A stretch of DNA of 62,505 bases, filler included, from Nemertoderma westbladi (lineage: Eukaryota; Animalia; Xenacoelomorpha): assembly GCA_032718475.1 (NCBI GenBank). It is 4 parts of 4 records of this genome, joined end to end, with 100 filler letters (N's around TTAATTAATTAA, not from the genome) between each part and the next. Parts side by side here need not be neighbours in the genome. Positions count along the whole stretch, not along the records: positions 22,930 to 42,375 come from JAUCBJ010003482.1; 3 more parts are not named here. One strand, given 5' to 3'. The position numbers and the translations under genes were made by a program. The notes beneath the pieces are model-generated. The model searched no databases. It was not told the DNA's origin and worked only from the letters and a program-made list of their open reading frames with translations. Below are positions 26,090 to 37,738 of this stretch, piece after piece; the stretch's first letter is position 1; the number at the start of each line of letters is the position of its first letter.

Positions 26090-26316
26090 ATGTCAGTCAG
26101 CAGTAAGTAAACTAAGCTGGAGCAGGTTACTTCTAGTGTTGGTCTTTTTGTAAATTCCTAGAAGACCAAAATCATGACAGTCAACCTAAACAGCCCTCAA
26201 GAATTGTCTGATCGTAAGGGCAAAAGCTCTACGGATGGATGCTTGAGCACGTGGATGACTTCTGCTACTTGGGATCCTGGATCAGAAAATCAGGTGAAGA
26301 CCTTCGGATACGTAAG
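26090..26316 (+). mobile_element. Degenerate RTE-like LINE, left part, interrupted by the CRE-type element
   Basis: Encodes LEHVDDFCYLGSWI and continues at 32167 (TGGAAGGCATGGGCAGC), as in the uninterrupted copy near 40940-41050. Confidence 0.8.
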
Positions 26317-26717
26317 ACATATATTTATTTTAACAATCAATCAAAAACTATTTAATTAATAATACATAATTTAAGGTACGTAATACGATACTAAACAATG
26401 TAATACAGCACAAAACTTTACAATACAATACTAAGCAATATAATACAGTACAAAACTTTACAATACAACACTAAACACTATAATATTATACAGTACTTTA
26501 CAATAGAACACGTAACAATACAATACAATGCTTCACAGTACAATACCAGATAATACAATACTTTACTATGCAATACACTACAATACGATACATTGCAATA
26601 CAATACAGTAAAATACAGGCAATACAATACAATAAATACGTTACTATTCTGTACTGTACAAATCGGTTTGAGACAATACACTACGATAGGCTAAAAACAA
26701 GGTTGTCTGTGAGGCCT

Positions 26718-29700
26718 CTAAAGCACCCCATCTACTGAGGGGGGGAAGGTTGGGGATCTGCGCAGCCACATGGAGGAGTTCCCACGCCACAGGATAACGG
26801 ATAGCCTCTGGAAAAGGTGTCGGATTGAGTCACCAGTGGGTGTACCACGTCTCAGGCCCTGGAGTCTGGCAATTTCCCGAATGGTAGAGGAAGAGTGGGG
26901 ATCCCAACCGCCTAGTGCCTCAATGACCAAGGGTGTAAAACCGACGCCGGAGCTCCTGCACTCATCTGCATGGGCTGCTAGCTTTCGATTTCTGGCTATG
27001 GATTGGGCATAGCCAGGGTCTGTGGCAGCACCGTTGAGGGTTAAGGCCTGCAGGGGGGAGATGACCGTGACATCCAAGGCCATTGGCTGACTGCGATGCC
27101 AGTTGGGGAGAAAAATATCGGCTGGACGACTGCGAGACCCAGGAATGAGGCCGGGGACTTCATTTCGAGGCGCAAGAGCAGCAGATTGTGCAGCTAAGAA
27201 AATTGCACCCCGAAGAGAGTCATGACGAGCAATCCTCTCCCCATCTCCACCGCAGCCGACCTGATGATCCCCATACGGGTCTGCTGGGGAAGAGCATACG
27301 GGACAAGGGTAGGTGGAGGAACTCATACGGATGCCAAGCCAATAGCAAATTGAGTGGCGATACTCGGCGTGAAGGAAATGTAGCCCTAGGCTTTCTGAAG
27401 GGATTGTATGTAGCCAATCTCCTGCATGTGGCAGGGAGGAGGAGTTGGCAAGCGCCTTAGACCTGTGGTCAGGGGCATTAGAGATTAGGTCATCAAACAA
27501 GGCCAGATCGATGGAGTGAGAGAGTTGGCGTTGAGTAACAGGGGAAGGTAGAGCTTCGAGGGTAGACCAGTCAGGTTCTTTAGCAGCCTGCGCCAGGGAG
27601 GACAGGGTGGGGGTAATGTGAGGGTTGAAAGGGGCATGATGCAGGATTTGGGAGACCAATGCCTCGCATTGGCAGACGGATGCAATGTATGCCGCAGGGG
27701 CATGATCAGCTGCTCTGCGAAGACCAACACCTCCCATGGAGGTTGGGAGAACAGCCTTATTGGCTGACCAGCTGGAAAGAGAGCCCCCTACGAGGTCGGA
27801 CAGAGCAGCATGAATGACGGAATCAAACTGTGCGGTCGCATCTTGGATGAGGTAAGGTGGGCAGCAGCGAAGGGCAAACACAACTTTGGGGAGTGACAAG
27901 CACGACCGAAGCAGAGTCATCTCCATCTGAGAATCTTTCAAGTCTGGAAGCAGTTCAATGATGGACCTGACCTTTTCAACTCTGCCCCTCAAGGAGGCCT
28001 CGCAGAAGGATTCTGGACCAATTGGGGAACCCAGTAGGATGAAACCCTTGGAAAGTACAGGGATTGAGGTGGGAAGGGGGTTTGGCACAGATGCAGATGA
28101 CTCAGGGATGAACAACTGGGACTTTGAATGGTTTAGGTGGAGCCCTCTGGGATAGCCTGCTTCTTCAAGTATCTTGAGGGCCTTGAGGAGGTCTGCTGGG
28201 GAACCGCAGAGTGAAACATCATCCAGGTACCATACGTGGATAAGGAGGCCTGGGATTTCATCACGAATCCGCTCTGCCACAGGGTGACCGGCCAGAGAGA
28301 AAGCCAGTGGGCCCAATGGGTCTCCCTGTTGGACACCACTGCAGCTGAGAATCTTGCGGTCGCCCAACCACAGAACACCCTGGGCGCCGTAGCAGGCTTC
28401 GATCCAAGCAGAGATTGATGGCATATGTTCCCTAACTTCCACAAACATGTTGGAACGGTCAATGTTGTTGAAGGCATTACTGAAGTCTACCAAAAGGACC
28501 CACTTGCTGTCAGCAGGGATAGTGGGATCCTCTAAAGTGGAGGAGATGGCACGTACAACTGCTTCACAGCCATTCGGGGTGGCAACACCGACCTGCAGGG
28601 GGCATAGAAGAGTGGAAGCTGCTGAGCTAACAGATGAAGAAAGACACTTGGAGACCATCCTCCTTAAGGTTTCACCGACGGCAATTGGGCGTAGGCCACC
28701 CCCCTTCTTCACGCAAGGGTACAGAGATGCTCCACAGAGGTAGGGGAGGATGGTGGGAGGGACTTGGCCAGAAGCCATATGGTTGGAGGCATTGGTCAAT
28801 GCCGTGAGGGCACAGTTGGCCTTGGATGGGGATGGGGCAGAGATAACCTCCTTCAGGTGGGTAGGTCGTAGCTGGGATGGTCCTGGGGAAGAGCCAGGGG
28901 GGAACGACTTGATGGCCTTGGAGATAGCTGCAGCTGGAATGAGGGCTGGGGGCGGTACAGGGCCACATGGTAGGGATGGCACTTGGGGCTGTGGATGCTT
29001 GGAGAGCATCTCTATAAAGGTGTCTTCCGTGAGCTCAGCCAGGCCCTGGGAAGGTAATGCTTGGGCCGCCTTACTATATTGACCATCTGCCATGGCACGA
29101 CGGGCCCGCCTTGCGTTGGACTCACGAATTGACTCAGGGGTTGGCTCGCTGAGCCGTTTCGGTTTCCTGGATGCGGAGTAGTTGGAGCATGACTCTTCCC
29201 AGAGACTAAGGATGTCACCGTTAAGCCATTTTCGTAGCCGGGACTTGACTAACTTCTCTATGTCTTTCCAATGGCAGCGCCCTGCCCTTTTGGGGTTAGC
29301 CAGAATGCATGGGGATAGAAGGAAGGCGGGTACCCAGTTGATAGGGTTAAGGGGATCCGAGCAGATGGATTCAAACACTCCACTGACCACATCAGCCCAC
29401 AGATCACGACAAGCCTTGGGTATATGACGGAGGGTTGGGATCTTCATCCGGAGGATAGAGTCAATAGAAGGGAGAGAAGCGGACGAGGCACCCAGAGAGG
29501 GTAAGTGGGGTGCATGGGAAGCACTGGTAGGTTGTTGTGAACTTGACACACCTGGACATGTTGGGTGATGAGTGTTGATGGGAGGTGAAGGAGCTGTGGC
29601 ATTCAGCAGATGGGCCTTCAACACTTCCTTCTTGCCGGTTGTGGGGAGGCCACGAGATTTGAGCTGGAGCTTAAGATCACTGACCTTAAGGGTATCTATC

Positions 29701-30800
29701 TCGAGGATGGGTGAGTGGGTTTGGGGTACGCTACTGGTTACTAAATTGGAGTGCAGAGGGATGGGGGATGATGAATGTCTGGTGTGAGTGAATGTGGGTG
29801 GTGTGGTCAGGTGATTGGTGGAAGCTGGCTGAGCAGTGATAGGGGTGGTTGTCCTTGGAATGTCAGCTTCAGTTTGTGGGTGACAGGGGGGGATGAAGGA
29901 TGGATCTCCATTGCTGGGGGGAGGGGTGTCTTGTGTCGGGGGGTCATTGTATGGAGGGGGTGCTGAGTGTGTGGGGATGCCGACGGCAGACACAGGGTGG
30001 GCTGGATGTTGGTTGGTGAAGTCCTGGACCATGGGAGTAGTGTTGGAGGGTGACGGCGGGTGGGAAGAGGTAGGGGTGATTAGGTGGGACTTAGGTGGGA
30101 TGAGTAACATGTTACTAGTTACCGTTTTCTGAAGATCAACCCTGAAGGAATCCATCTCCATGTCATTGATGGCAAAATGTGAACCCCCTTCAAGGAGAAC
30201 CTTGGCAAAGTGGGCGACATAAACTCCACAATTGTAACTGTTGTGCTGTAGACGGGAGGATATGGGGTACACAACAGAGAGGCAGTCCTGGCTAATATTT
30301 CCCCATCTGGCAGACTCGAGGGATGCCCATCTACTTAGGGCATCCACTTGTCGGACACCCCTGCTCCCATAGGAGTCCAGAAAGGAGATCAGTCTCTTGG
30401 GGGGTTGATATACGCCCAAGGACCAATGGGTACCACCTAGGTTAATAGGGAATAGGATCATAGTGAAGCTGTGTATGTCAACCTTAGTGGTCCATCTCCT
30501 AACAAGGTTGTAGCCGTGTTCAGGTGAGAGTAGGTAGTCAATGAACTGGGAGTTAAACACTTTGATCGGACCGATGGTAGATTGTCCGGCAAAGTGGTGG
30601 ATGATGGCCTCCAGGATATTGTCAGTAAGCCACCCACTTCTTGGGGCAACTGATTCGCCGGAGAGGGAGGCTAAATCGCGCTTGGACAGTGGTATACCAG
30701 CAAGGTCCCAGTGGATATCAGATGGAGGAGGTGGGTCATTGAGAAGGAGCGAGTCGGTCAGGTCAATGGTTTCGATTAAGGGGAAAGGGGGTTTGGCCAT
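26718..30800 (-). CDS. Polyprotein: SENP/Ulp1 (C48) protease + SAP domain + reverse transcriptase + CCHC + restriction-like endonuclease
   Basis: Protease: GWLTD, GYNLVRRWTTKVD, PINLGGTHWSL (H125), FLDS (D142), QHNSYNCG (Q185, C191). SAP: LKVSDLKLQLKSRGLPTTGKKEVLKAHL. RT: PGPS, LRPIAVGETLRR, QVGV, DFSNAFN, GVQQGDPLGP, YLDD. Endonuclease region: CPVC...H...C, RHD, RPAD, DVTV...K. Confidence 0.93.
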   Translation of the reverse strand: MAKPPFPLIETIDLTDSLLLNDPPPPSDIHWDLAGIPLSKRDLASLSGESVAPRSGWLTDNILEAIIHHFAGQSTIGPIKVFNSQFIDYLLSPEHGYNLVRRWTTKVDIHSFTMILFPINLGGTHWSLGVYQPPKRLISFLDSYGSRGVRQVDALSRWASLESARWGNISQDCLSVVYPISSRLQHNSYNCGVYVAHFAKVLLEGGSHFAINDMEMDSFRVDLQKTVTSNMLLIPPKSHLITPTSSHPPSPSNTTPMVQDFTNQHPAHPVSAVGIPTHSAPPPYNDPPTQDTPPPSNGDPSFIPPCHPQTEADIPRTTTPITAQPASTNHLTTPPTFTHTRHSSSPIPLHSNLVTSSVPQTHSPILEIDTLKVSDLKLQLKSRGLPTTGKKEVLKAHLLNATAPSPPINTHHPTCPGVSSSQQPTSASHAPHLPSLGASSASLPSIDSILRMKIPTLRHIPKACRDLWADVVSGVFESICSDPLNPINWVPAFLLSPCILANPKRAGRCHWKDIEKLVKSRLRKWLNGDILSLWEESCSNYSASRKPKRLSEPTPESIRESNARRARRAMADGQYSKAAQALPSQGLAELTEDTFIEMLSKHPQPQVPSLPCGPVPPPALIPAAAISKAIKSFPPGSSPGPSQLRPTHLKEVISAPSPSKANCALTALTNASNHMASGQVPPTILPYLCGASLYPCVKKGGGLRPIAVGETLRRMVSKCLSSSVSSAASTLLCPLQVGVATPNGCEAVVRAISSTLEDPTIPADSKWVLLVDFSNAFNNIDRSNMFVEVREHMPSISAWIEACYGAQGVLWLGDRKILSCSGVQQGDPLGPLAFSLAGHPVAERIRDEIPGLLIHVWYLDDVSLCGSPADLLKALKILEEAGYPRGLHLNHSKSQLFIPESSASVPNPLPTSIPVLSKGFILLGSPIGPESFCEASLRGRVEKVRSIIELLPDLKDSQMEMTLLRSCLSLPKVVFALRCCPPYLIQDATAQFDSVIHAALSDLVGGSLSSWSANKAVLPTSMGGVGLRRAADHAPAAYIASVCQCEALVSQILHHAPFNPHITPTLSSLAQAAKEPDWSTLEALPSPVTQRQLSHSIDLALFDDLISNAPDHRSKALANSSSLPHAGDWLHTIPSESLGLHFLHAEYRHSICYWLGIRMSSSTYPCPVCSSPADPYGDHQVGCGGDGERIARHDSLRGAIFLAAQSAALAPRNEVPGLIPGSRSRPADIFLPNWHRSQPMALDVTVISPLQALTLNGAATDPGYAQSIARNRKLAAHADECRSSGVGFTPLVIEALGGWDPHSSSTIREIARLQGLRRGTPTGDSIRHLFQRLSVILWRGNSSMWLRRSPTFPPSVDGVL

Positions 30801-31473
30801 CCCGTGAGAAGGATGTAAGTTCTGAGGTTTGTAAGGTGGTTTGGGTGGCAGCTAGTAAGTAGGTTGGGGGGGGGGGGGGCGGGGGGGTGTATTCAGAGGG
30901 ATGATTAGGGTAAAAAGTATGCAGGAATTAGAAAGGACCACGGGCAGAGCAGATCTCAGTTACAGAAAGTAATTGAACAGTAACTGACAGGCAAACTATG
31001 GACTCAATTGACTTAATTAAAAGTAACAATAAACTATGGCAAAAACTGAAAACAGCACAGACTACAGTAAAGGTAGGTTCAAAAAATCGTGGATATTTAA
31101 ACCAATAAAGGGCGTGAATGGTTGCAGTCTAAAGGTTGTAAGTGAAAAGAGAAATAAAGGACATGAATGAAAGCATAAATGAAACAGATATGAGTGAATA
31201 AGTGGAACTTAAAGCGGAATAGAATCGAACACAGAAAACACATGAATTAATAACAAAAATGTAATGTGGGGGGGCTCTATTGCTAATGAGAAATAGGGCC
31301 TAATGGCGGCTCCGACCAATGATTGATAAGTTATGAGATGAACAGAAGTGATAATCCGTATTATTAAATGTAGATAATATAATAAAATAATATAATATTA
31401 TTATTATTAAATTATGAGCTATAAATAAAAGTAATAAACCATATAAACGTAATGGTGGGCGATAATTTAAACG

Positions 31474-31641
31474 ATGAGATGGGATGAAACAGTTATATGA
31501 ACAGGTAATTAACACAATGAGATGGGATGAAACAGTTATATGAACAGGTAATTAACACAATGAGATGGGATGAAACAGTTATATGAACAGGTAATTAACA
31601 CAATGAGATGGGATGAAACAGTTATATGAACGGGTAATTAA
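31474..31641. repeat. 43-bp tandem repeat, about 3.9 copies, in the retroelement leader
   Basis: ATGAGATGGGATGAAACAGTTATATGAACAGGTAATTAACACA at 31474, 31517, 31560 and (partial) 31603. Confidence 0.95.
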
Positions 31642-32159
31642 ATCAGTGAGGTGGGTGAGACAGCTAAGTGAACAGAACAAATATTCCTCACCTGCGTGGT
31701 TTAGAAAAAGGTTCAAAGAAGAAAAAGCTTGCATGTGAAACTTTCCCTGGTAGGTGTGGACGTGGGGGAATACGGCTCCCGGTCCAGTAAGTTGTCTGCG
31801 CACCTGAACTCGGTTAGGGATGAAATTGCTAGCAGAAAACCACACGATGGGAGAACGGCCCAAACCACGAGGACGACAACTAACTCGTGGGGACGCTTGG
31901 AACAGGTGATCTCAGCCCAGAGAAAGGGGAACTCGACTCCGTCGAAGGCGAGAAATAAACAATGCCGACTGTAGTAGGGACGATAAGGTAGGCCCAAGGG
32001 GGTTATCGGTCGCCTTGGTTACCGGTACCGAGACGAGCAGTTATTCAGTATTCGGGCAGTCAACGATGGTATACAGCTAAGTAGGCAGCAAGGCAGTACT
32101 AGTACTATACAGTACACGTCAGTACAACCCTAGTCTTGCAACATGCGAAATCTCAAGTA

Positions 32160-32530
32160 ACGTAAGTGGAAGGCATGGGCAGCGTTAAATAGTCTGTCCA
32201 GGATTTGGAAGTCCCATAGAATAAAATGGAACCTTAAGGTTCGAATATTTATGGCAGTAGTAGTACCAGTACTCTTATATGGGAGTCCATGTAGGCTCTA
32301 ACTACAGAGGATACCAAATCTCTGGATGGCACCTTCACAAGAATGCTGCGCCGGTTTCATTGTATCACGTACAATGAACACATCTCCAATCAGACTCTAT
32401 ACACCATTGGAGGTGTTCCATTATTCTCCCCTAGCTTGACACTTAAACGGAACCGCCTCTGCTTTGCAGGACATTGCTTTCGCCATGAGGACCAGCCAGT
32501 GCATAATCTTGTAGTAAGTAAACTAAACAT
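32160..32530 (+). mobile_element. Degenerate RTE-like LINE, right part
   Basis: KAWAALNSLSRIWKS...VLLYG...RLCFAGHCFRHEDQPV with frameshifts and stops. Confidence 0.8.
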
Positions 32531-33599
32531 TTGACAAAACTGTAAGGCGTGAGGCTAGCTGACTTTATGGCTCGTCCCACATAATAAGAAATTAAACTTT
32601 CCTACCACTAACAAAAATATAATATGAAGCAAATAATTTCATTATTAAGCACGTTTACAAGATATAGGATTACCATATATTTATAAAAATGCCAATTATG
32701 CACAACCGGATAAATAACAACGAATAGAGCCAAGTAATAAATTTAGTAATACCATATTACCCGGTCGATATGTATTACCCGGTCAGCTGAATATCTCTTC
32801 CCAGTGCATCCTATAGGAATATCTATAAGGTTACTCACTGCTAAGTTAGTTGATAGGCCATCTGATTGAATTATTAGCCCAGGGCCGTTCAAATGTTAGA
32901 TTCATAATGACATTTAGGTGCTGGGATTACTCTATCAGACTGTAAGCAAAGCTGTTCAATGGGGAGGAAACCAACTACACTATTTTTGTTTATGGGCTGT
33001 CTAATATTATCGCCAGCTTGCTGGCTTTTCTAGTTAATTAATGGATTAAAATAGGGCTGCCTTTGATGTATTCTAATGGGTCAGGCCGGCCCACCAATAT
33101 AATAATACTCCTAAAGAAAACTCTCTAAGTATTCCTTTACCACAGCTGTCAAAGAATACATATAATTTAGCGACAAAATAATGTCAAAAAAAGACGAAAT
33201 ATATCGAATACCACAGATAGAATTGATCTTAAATTTGTAACGTGATTATGAACCACCAAAGCAATGTATTTGCAAAATTTCATAAAAACGCCAGGCAGGA
33301 AGTGCCTGAACCTGGATTATTATCAGTGAATGAGTGAGTCAGTCAGTGTTATATGTTATGACCTGAGATTTTTGCTATCGCTGTTTTTACTATCGCTGCT
33401 CATCATAAGCGGGCTCCTTATTATAAAGTTAAAGATTTTTTAACGTCTGACACTGCTATTTATTAATATATCGATTTTATCGACCCAAATAAATGTCAGA
33501 AAAGACATTAGCAAAAATATTTACCTACCCTGAGTAATTGTGGAATTAAAAATTTCACTAGAAACAAGTCCCTCAATCTTGGTACATATTTATTTAACC

Positions 33600-34270
33600 A
33601 ACGTTTCTGGATTCAGCTGTTGTTCAGCTGTAGTGTAAAGCTGGATCTCACACTTGGCTGTTGCAACAGAGAGGACCAGTCATGCCGCGGCAAGGCAGAT
33701 TTCGTTGTTCTGCTAGCACGCAGACTAAGTCTTACCTTGGCCACAATAAGGCGGTGATCACTGGAGAAGGGTCGAAGTGTAAATGCATTACTGTCTTGTA
33801 TATAGCTCCTGTATTTCCTACGAGACAGAATATGGTCTATCTGGGACTTGTGACCTCTGGGTCCACTATGAGTCCATGGCTTTCCAGTTCGCTTTTGAAC
33901 TGGGTTCCAGCCGAAAACAATCCATTTCCAGAGATAAAATCCTGAAAATGGACGGAATTTCGGTTAACACTATCGCTATAGACCCAGGGCGATGTAGGTG
34001 ATTGATGCAGACTTGCATTAAAGTCTCCCAGGAATGTTAAGAATGCATGCTGATCCATTCCATCAGTAGCTGCTTGTAGATTGTGGTAGAAATTTTCCAC
34101 CTCCTCTACAGGGGCAACACTAGTTGGAGAATAACACACAATCAGAACCACCTTAGGAAACTTCTTAGCAAGTCGTCCAGAACATGAGAAGTGGCAAAGG
34201 GTGATGCGGTTAGAGTTTTGTCCAATGCTGCAGTTGGATTTATCAATAGACCAATTCCACCATTGCCACT
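33600..34270 (-). mobile_element. Degenerate LINE AP-endonuclease fragment (RTE-like)
   Basis: VLIVCYSPTS...VENFYHNLQ...FLGDFNA...NRNS motifs in ORF 33837-34151. Confidence 0.75.
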
Positions 34271-34301
34271 ATCATCTGCACATCACCTGTAGTAGTACTG
34301 G

Positions 34302-34627
34302 GGTCCTTCCCTACCCTGCTACCATCAGATTCAGACGGGCAACCGTCTGACCGCGGCGCGGGGCGGCGCATTTCTTAATTTCTGCCTTAAGGACTGAAGG
34401 ATGGCTTACAGTACAAACTGAGTACTGGCAGACTGGTAATCTGGACGACGGTGCGGTGCAAGGGTATGGCCTACAGGTTTTACTATCGCCGTTTATCAGT
34501 ACCCGAATCGAATATCGCTTTAAATTTTGAATTTTAAAGTTTGTAATGAATAGGCCATCATCGCATCATCGATGTTTGTAATGCGCTGCCGCGCGGCAGC
34601 TGGTCTGATGGTAGCAGCATAAGGACC
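34302..34627. mobile_element. Small MITE-like element
   Basis: Inverted termini CTGCTACCATCAGA (34316-34329) / TCTGATGGTAGCAG (34604-34617), extended by GGTCCTT/AAGGACC, with subterminal GC-rich hairpins. Confidence 0.6.
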
Positions 34628-37600
34628 GCAGTTTAGCCTACTGCTGTAGTGCGAGATGACTGCTGGTAATCAAGTAACTGAATGCAGGTCAGGCCTGTTG
34701 AACAAGCCTAGCACTCACATTGGGTATTACAGTAGTAGAGCCCTTACTGTGGCAGTGAATTTATATTTCGCGAAGGAATATTTGAAATTAAACAGCAATT
34801 ATTTGAATTATAGCCCCTATCTTTTTTGTTTATGAATGCTATCGAACGCTGAAAGTGCGAAATGTGCCTGCCCCCTATCATTGAATGGGTAGCTTTCAGA
34901 TCTATCCCTCAAAATTCAACAATAATAAATGTTATGAACTGCCGAAACCCGTTCAAATAAGTCCAAAATCATGAAAATATGTTGAAAAATGGCGATATGT
35001 AATAAATTAATAATAACGGATATGTCTAATATAATTCCCAGATAATCAATCACCTTTAAATTGAAGTCAAACTACCCCTCGAAAAACTGTCTGTCTCGGG
35101 GTCTGCCAATGGGAAATGATGCCTATTAATATTAAAATTCTCACATGGGGGATTTTCTAGTCGACGATGTCATTTTCTGATAACAGTACTCATGTTTGGG
35201 AGAGTCGAGTACTGTAGAATCTGTATGCCTGTATGTATGTCGTCTGTCCTTCAAAATATAATAAATCAAAAGGTCCTACCACCTAGCAAAAATATTCGTT
35301 GTGGTTTTTTCTTGGGTAGTATATTAATTTCCAATGTCAGTTTTCTTTTTTTTTTAAGAATCTAGAGGATCCGTGAAGGAATTCCATGAAGAGGCAAAAA
35401 TTTAGTTGATCGACTCAACTTGAGTAATCTCCGATGGACGGTATTTCTTAGACATACCATGGTTGACAGACCATTGTATTTTTATTGATTAATTAACCGT
35501 TCCGGATGCCGAGAAACACTTACTAACTCCATTCGTGATCGTCATCCAATGAAACAGAAACCGTCAACATGACCCACAATAATCCGATTATCAACTCCGT
35601 AAATAGGCCCCTTTTGGAACTCTTGGATCAACCGCTGGTAGTCTGTATCAATGCATAATTTCCATAGATTGGAATTCTTACTATCTAATAATATCAACCT
35701 TCGAGCAGTTACTGTACTTTCGACAAATTATTCGACTTGTAAAGTCATCAGAAAACAACCTAAATCTGTAACATGGTTCGCTGTCGATCAATAGATTCTG
35801 CTACCATACTTGGTGTATATTATTTCCACCCCACCTCAATTATCGGTGTCTAAGAACGACCTTATGAACAGATGGGGGCATGGGGGCAGTGGACGCAATC
35901 AAAATTCGTCCCCCTCCAGGAGAAAATCGTCGAAAATACCAGCGACTATTATAGAAAATGAAACTGTATTACGACAATGGTGCAGTGTGTCTCGCTGATG
36001 GAAATGCGTAATGGTTATGGCTATTATATTATCCTAATATGCACTTATTCCTAATTCTAATAAAAAATTTAGGATATTTGCGACCCGGACAATTGAGACC
36101 TAACAAATTTTTCTCCAATCATGGGTCACAATTGTCCGGATCCAGATTAAAAAAAGCGATGTAATGTAAATCATAGATCATTATAATCATAAATACCTTG
36201 AATATTTTATATAAATAATTTCTACCACTACAATAGTGGCAGAAAGTCTTTCTACCACTGTTTTGTCGTTTTACCATTTTAATGATAATTCATAAAAATA
36301 CCTTTTCCTGCAGTAGGATTCTATACGTGCAAACTCGTGCAAAACTCAATACACTGACAGAAAAATTGAATTTCGGTTCAACTGAATTAGTGACAAAAAG
36401 TCCTTCTTTCCGATACTTTTGCTCCGATACTTCCGATGCTTCATTTTACATTTTTGAAATGTGAAATTTTTTATAACATTTGAAATTTTTTTATTCATTT
36501 ATTTGAAAAGTTTCTTTCATTTTCTAGTATTCTTTTCTACTGCGTGAGCTCAGTTCTGGATTATTATATAAACTTTCTTTTCATATCTTAAAATTGTATA
36601 ATGTGATCATACAGTGTTAGGACAGTAGCACCCCAAGCGTAGCCCCGGGACAATAGCCCCCCAGCCCCAAATAATGATTAGTATTATGAAAATAATGTCC
36701 CCTTTTTCATTTATTCATTAATTTTATTCTTAAATTGTTACTTTTTCGCTCGAATTTAGACCAAAATTGGGAGAAAAAGTAACCCATAGGATTGCATTGA
36801 TTTTACTTTTTTTTTCCGGCGAAAAAAGTAAAATAAAATATTTTGGTGGAATGTCTTAAATTTTATTAAATATGTTGAAAGAGCATTGACGTAGAAAATG
36901 TTTGCACGTAATTTGAGTAAAATCCATGCATGCACTCAAAAGTTATGGCAAATTTAGTGTCTGTGCGGCGTACTCCAAAACGGAACTCAATATCCAATTT
37001 TGGCTTATGTTGTTAAGCGGCTCTCTAGTTACGTAACAAATATTAGAGAACACTAAATTACTTAACATTGAGTAATTCAGCCTTATGAGTTGAAAAGTAC
37101 AGTAATTTGAATTGCAGTAACTATGGAAGCAATATAGTAAAATACTCTAGTTCAATTTATTTTGTACAGTACCACTATATCGCTGTACGTTTTATGAAAG
37201 AATTGAGCAACAAAAAAGTACCAATTTAAGAATAAAATTACGTATTACATGAGAAGAAAACGTTGAACATTTTTTTTCAATATTCTCTCGACCCTTAACC
37301 TCGCTGACGCTCGGTAAATAAAATGCTTCGAGAATAGTGAAAAAAATTTCTACTTTTTTCCATGTAATAAATAATTAATTTTATATCAAAGAAATTCAAG
37401 AATATAATTTTTTTTCATGCTTTTTTGGTATTGGTTATTGTTCTAGAACATTAGTAGATACGTTTTTTTTTTTATGAGAGCTAGTGTTTTTTGCTAGCTA
37501 GTATATTTTGAAATAAAAAAATGTGAAAACATGAATATTTCAGGTTTCAACTGTTTCATAATTATATTAACGACCACAATAATTTACAAAAAATACTAGT

Positions 37601-37738
37601 TACCAGAAAAAAATATACCGGTACTAAGGTTCTAGAACATTCACCAATATAAAAAAAAACACTTATTTAAAAAAAACCAGCTATCAATATCAAAAAACAA
37701 TCAAAAACACAAAAAATATAGGTTAAAAAACTCATTCG

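Larger units (their letters stand above)
26317..32159 (-). mobile_element. Apparently full-length CRE-type (RLE) non-LTR retrotransposon, 5843 bp
   Basis: Flanked by the 7-bp direct repeat ACGTAAG (26310-26316, 32160-32166) inside an older RTE-like copy. About 1.36 kb leader, one 1360-aa ORF and an about 400-bp 3' region of degenerate TATTG/TACTG repeats ending in AATAAA-TATGT. Confidence 0.88.

Noticed and set aside
29949-29960. PPPY late-domain motif in the retroelement linker
   Set aside because: Lies in a very Pro-rich low-complexity region where it can arise by chance.
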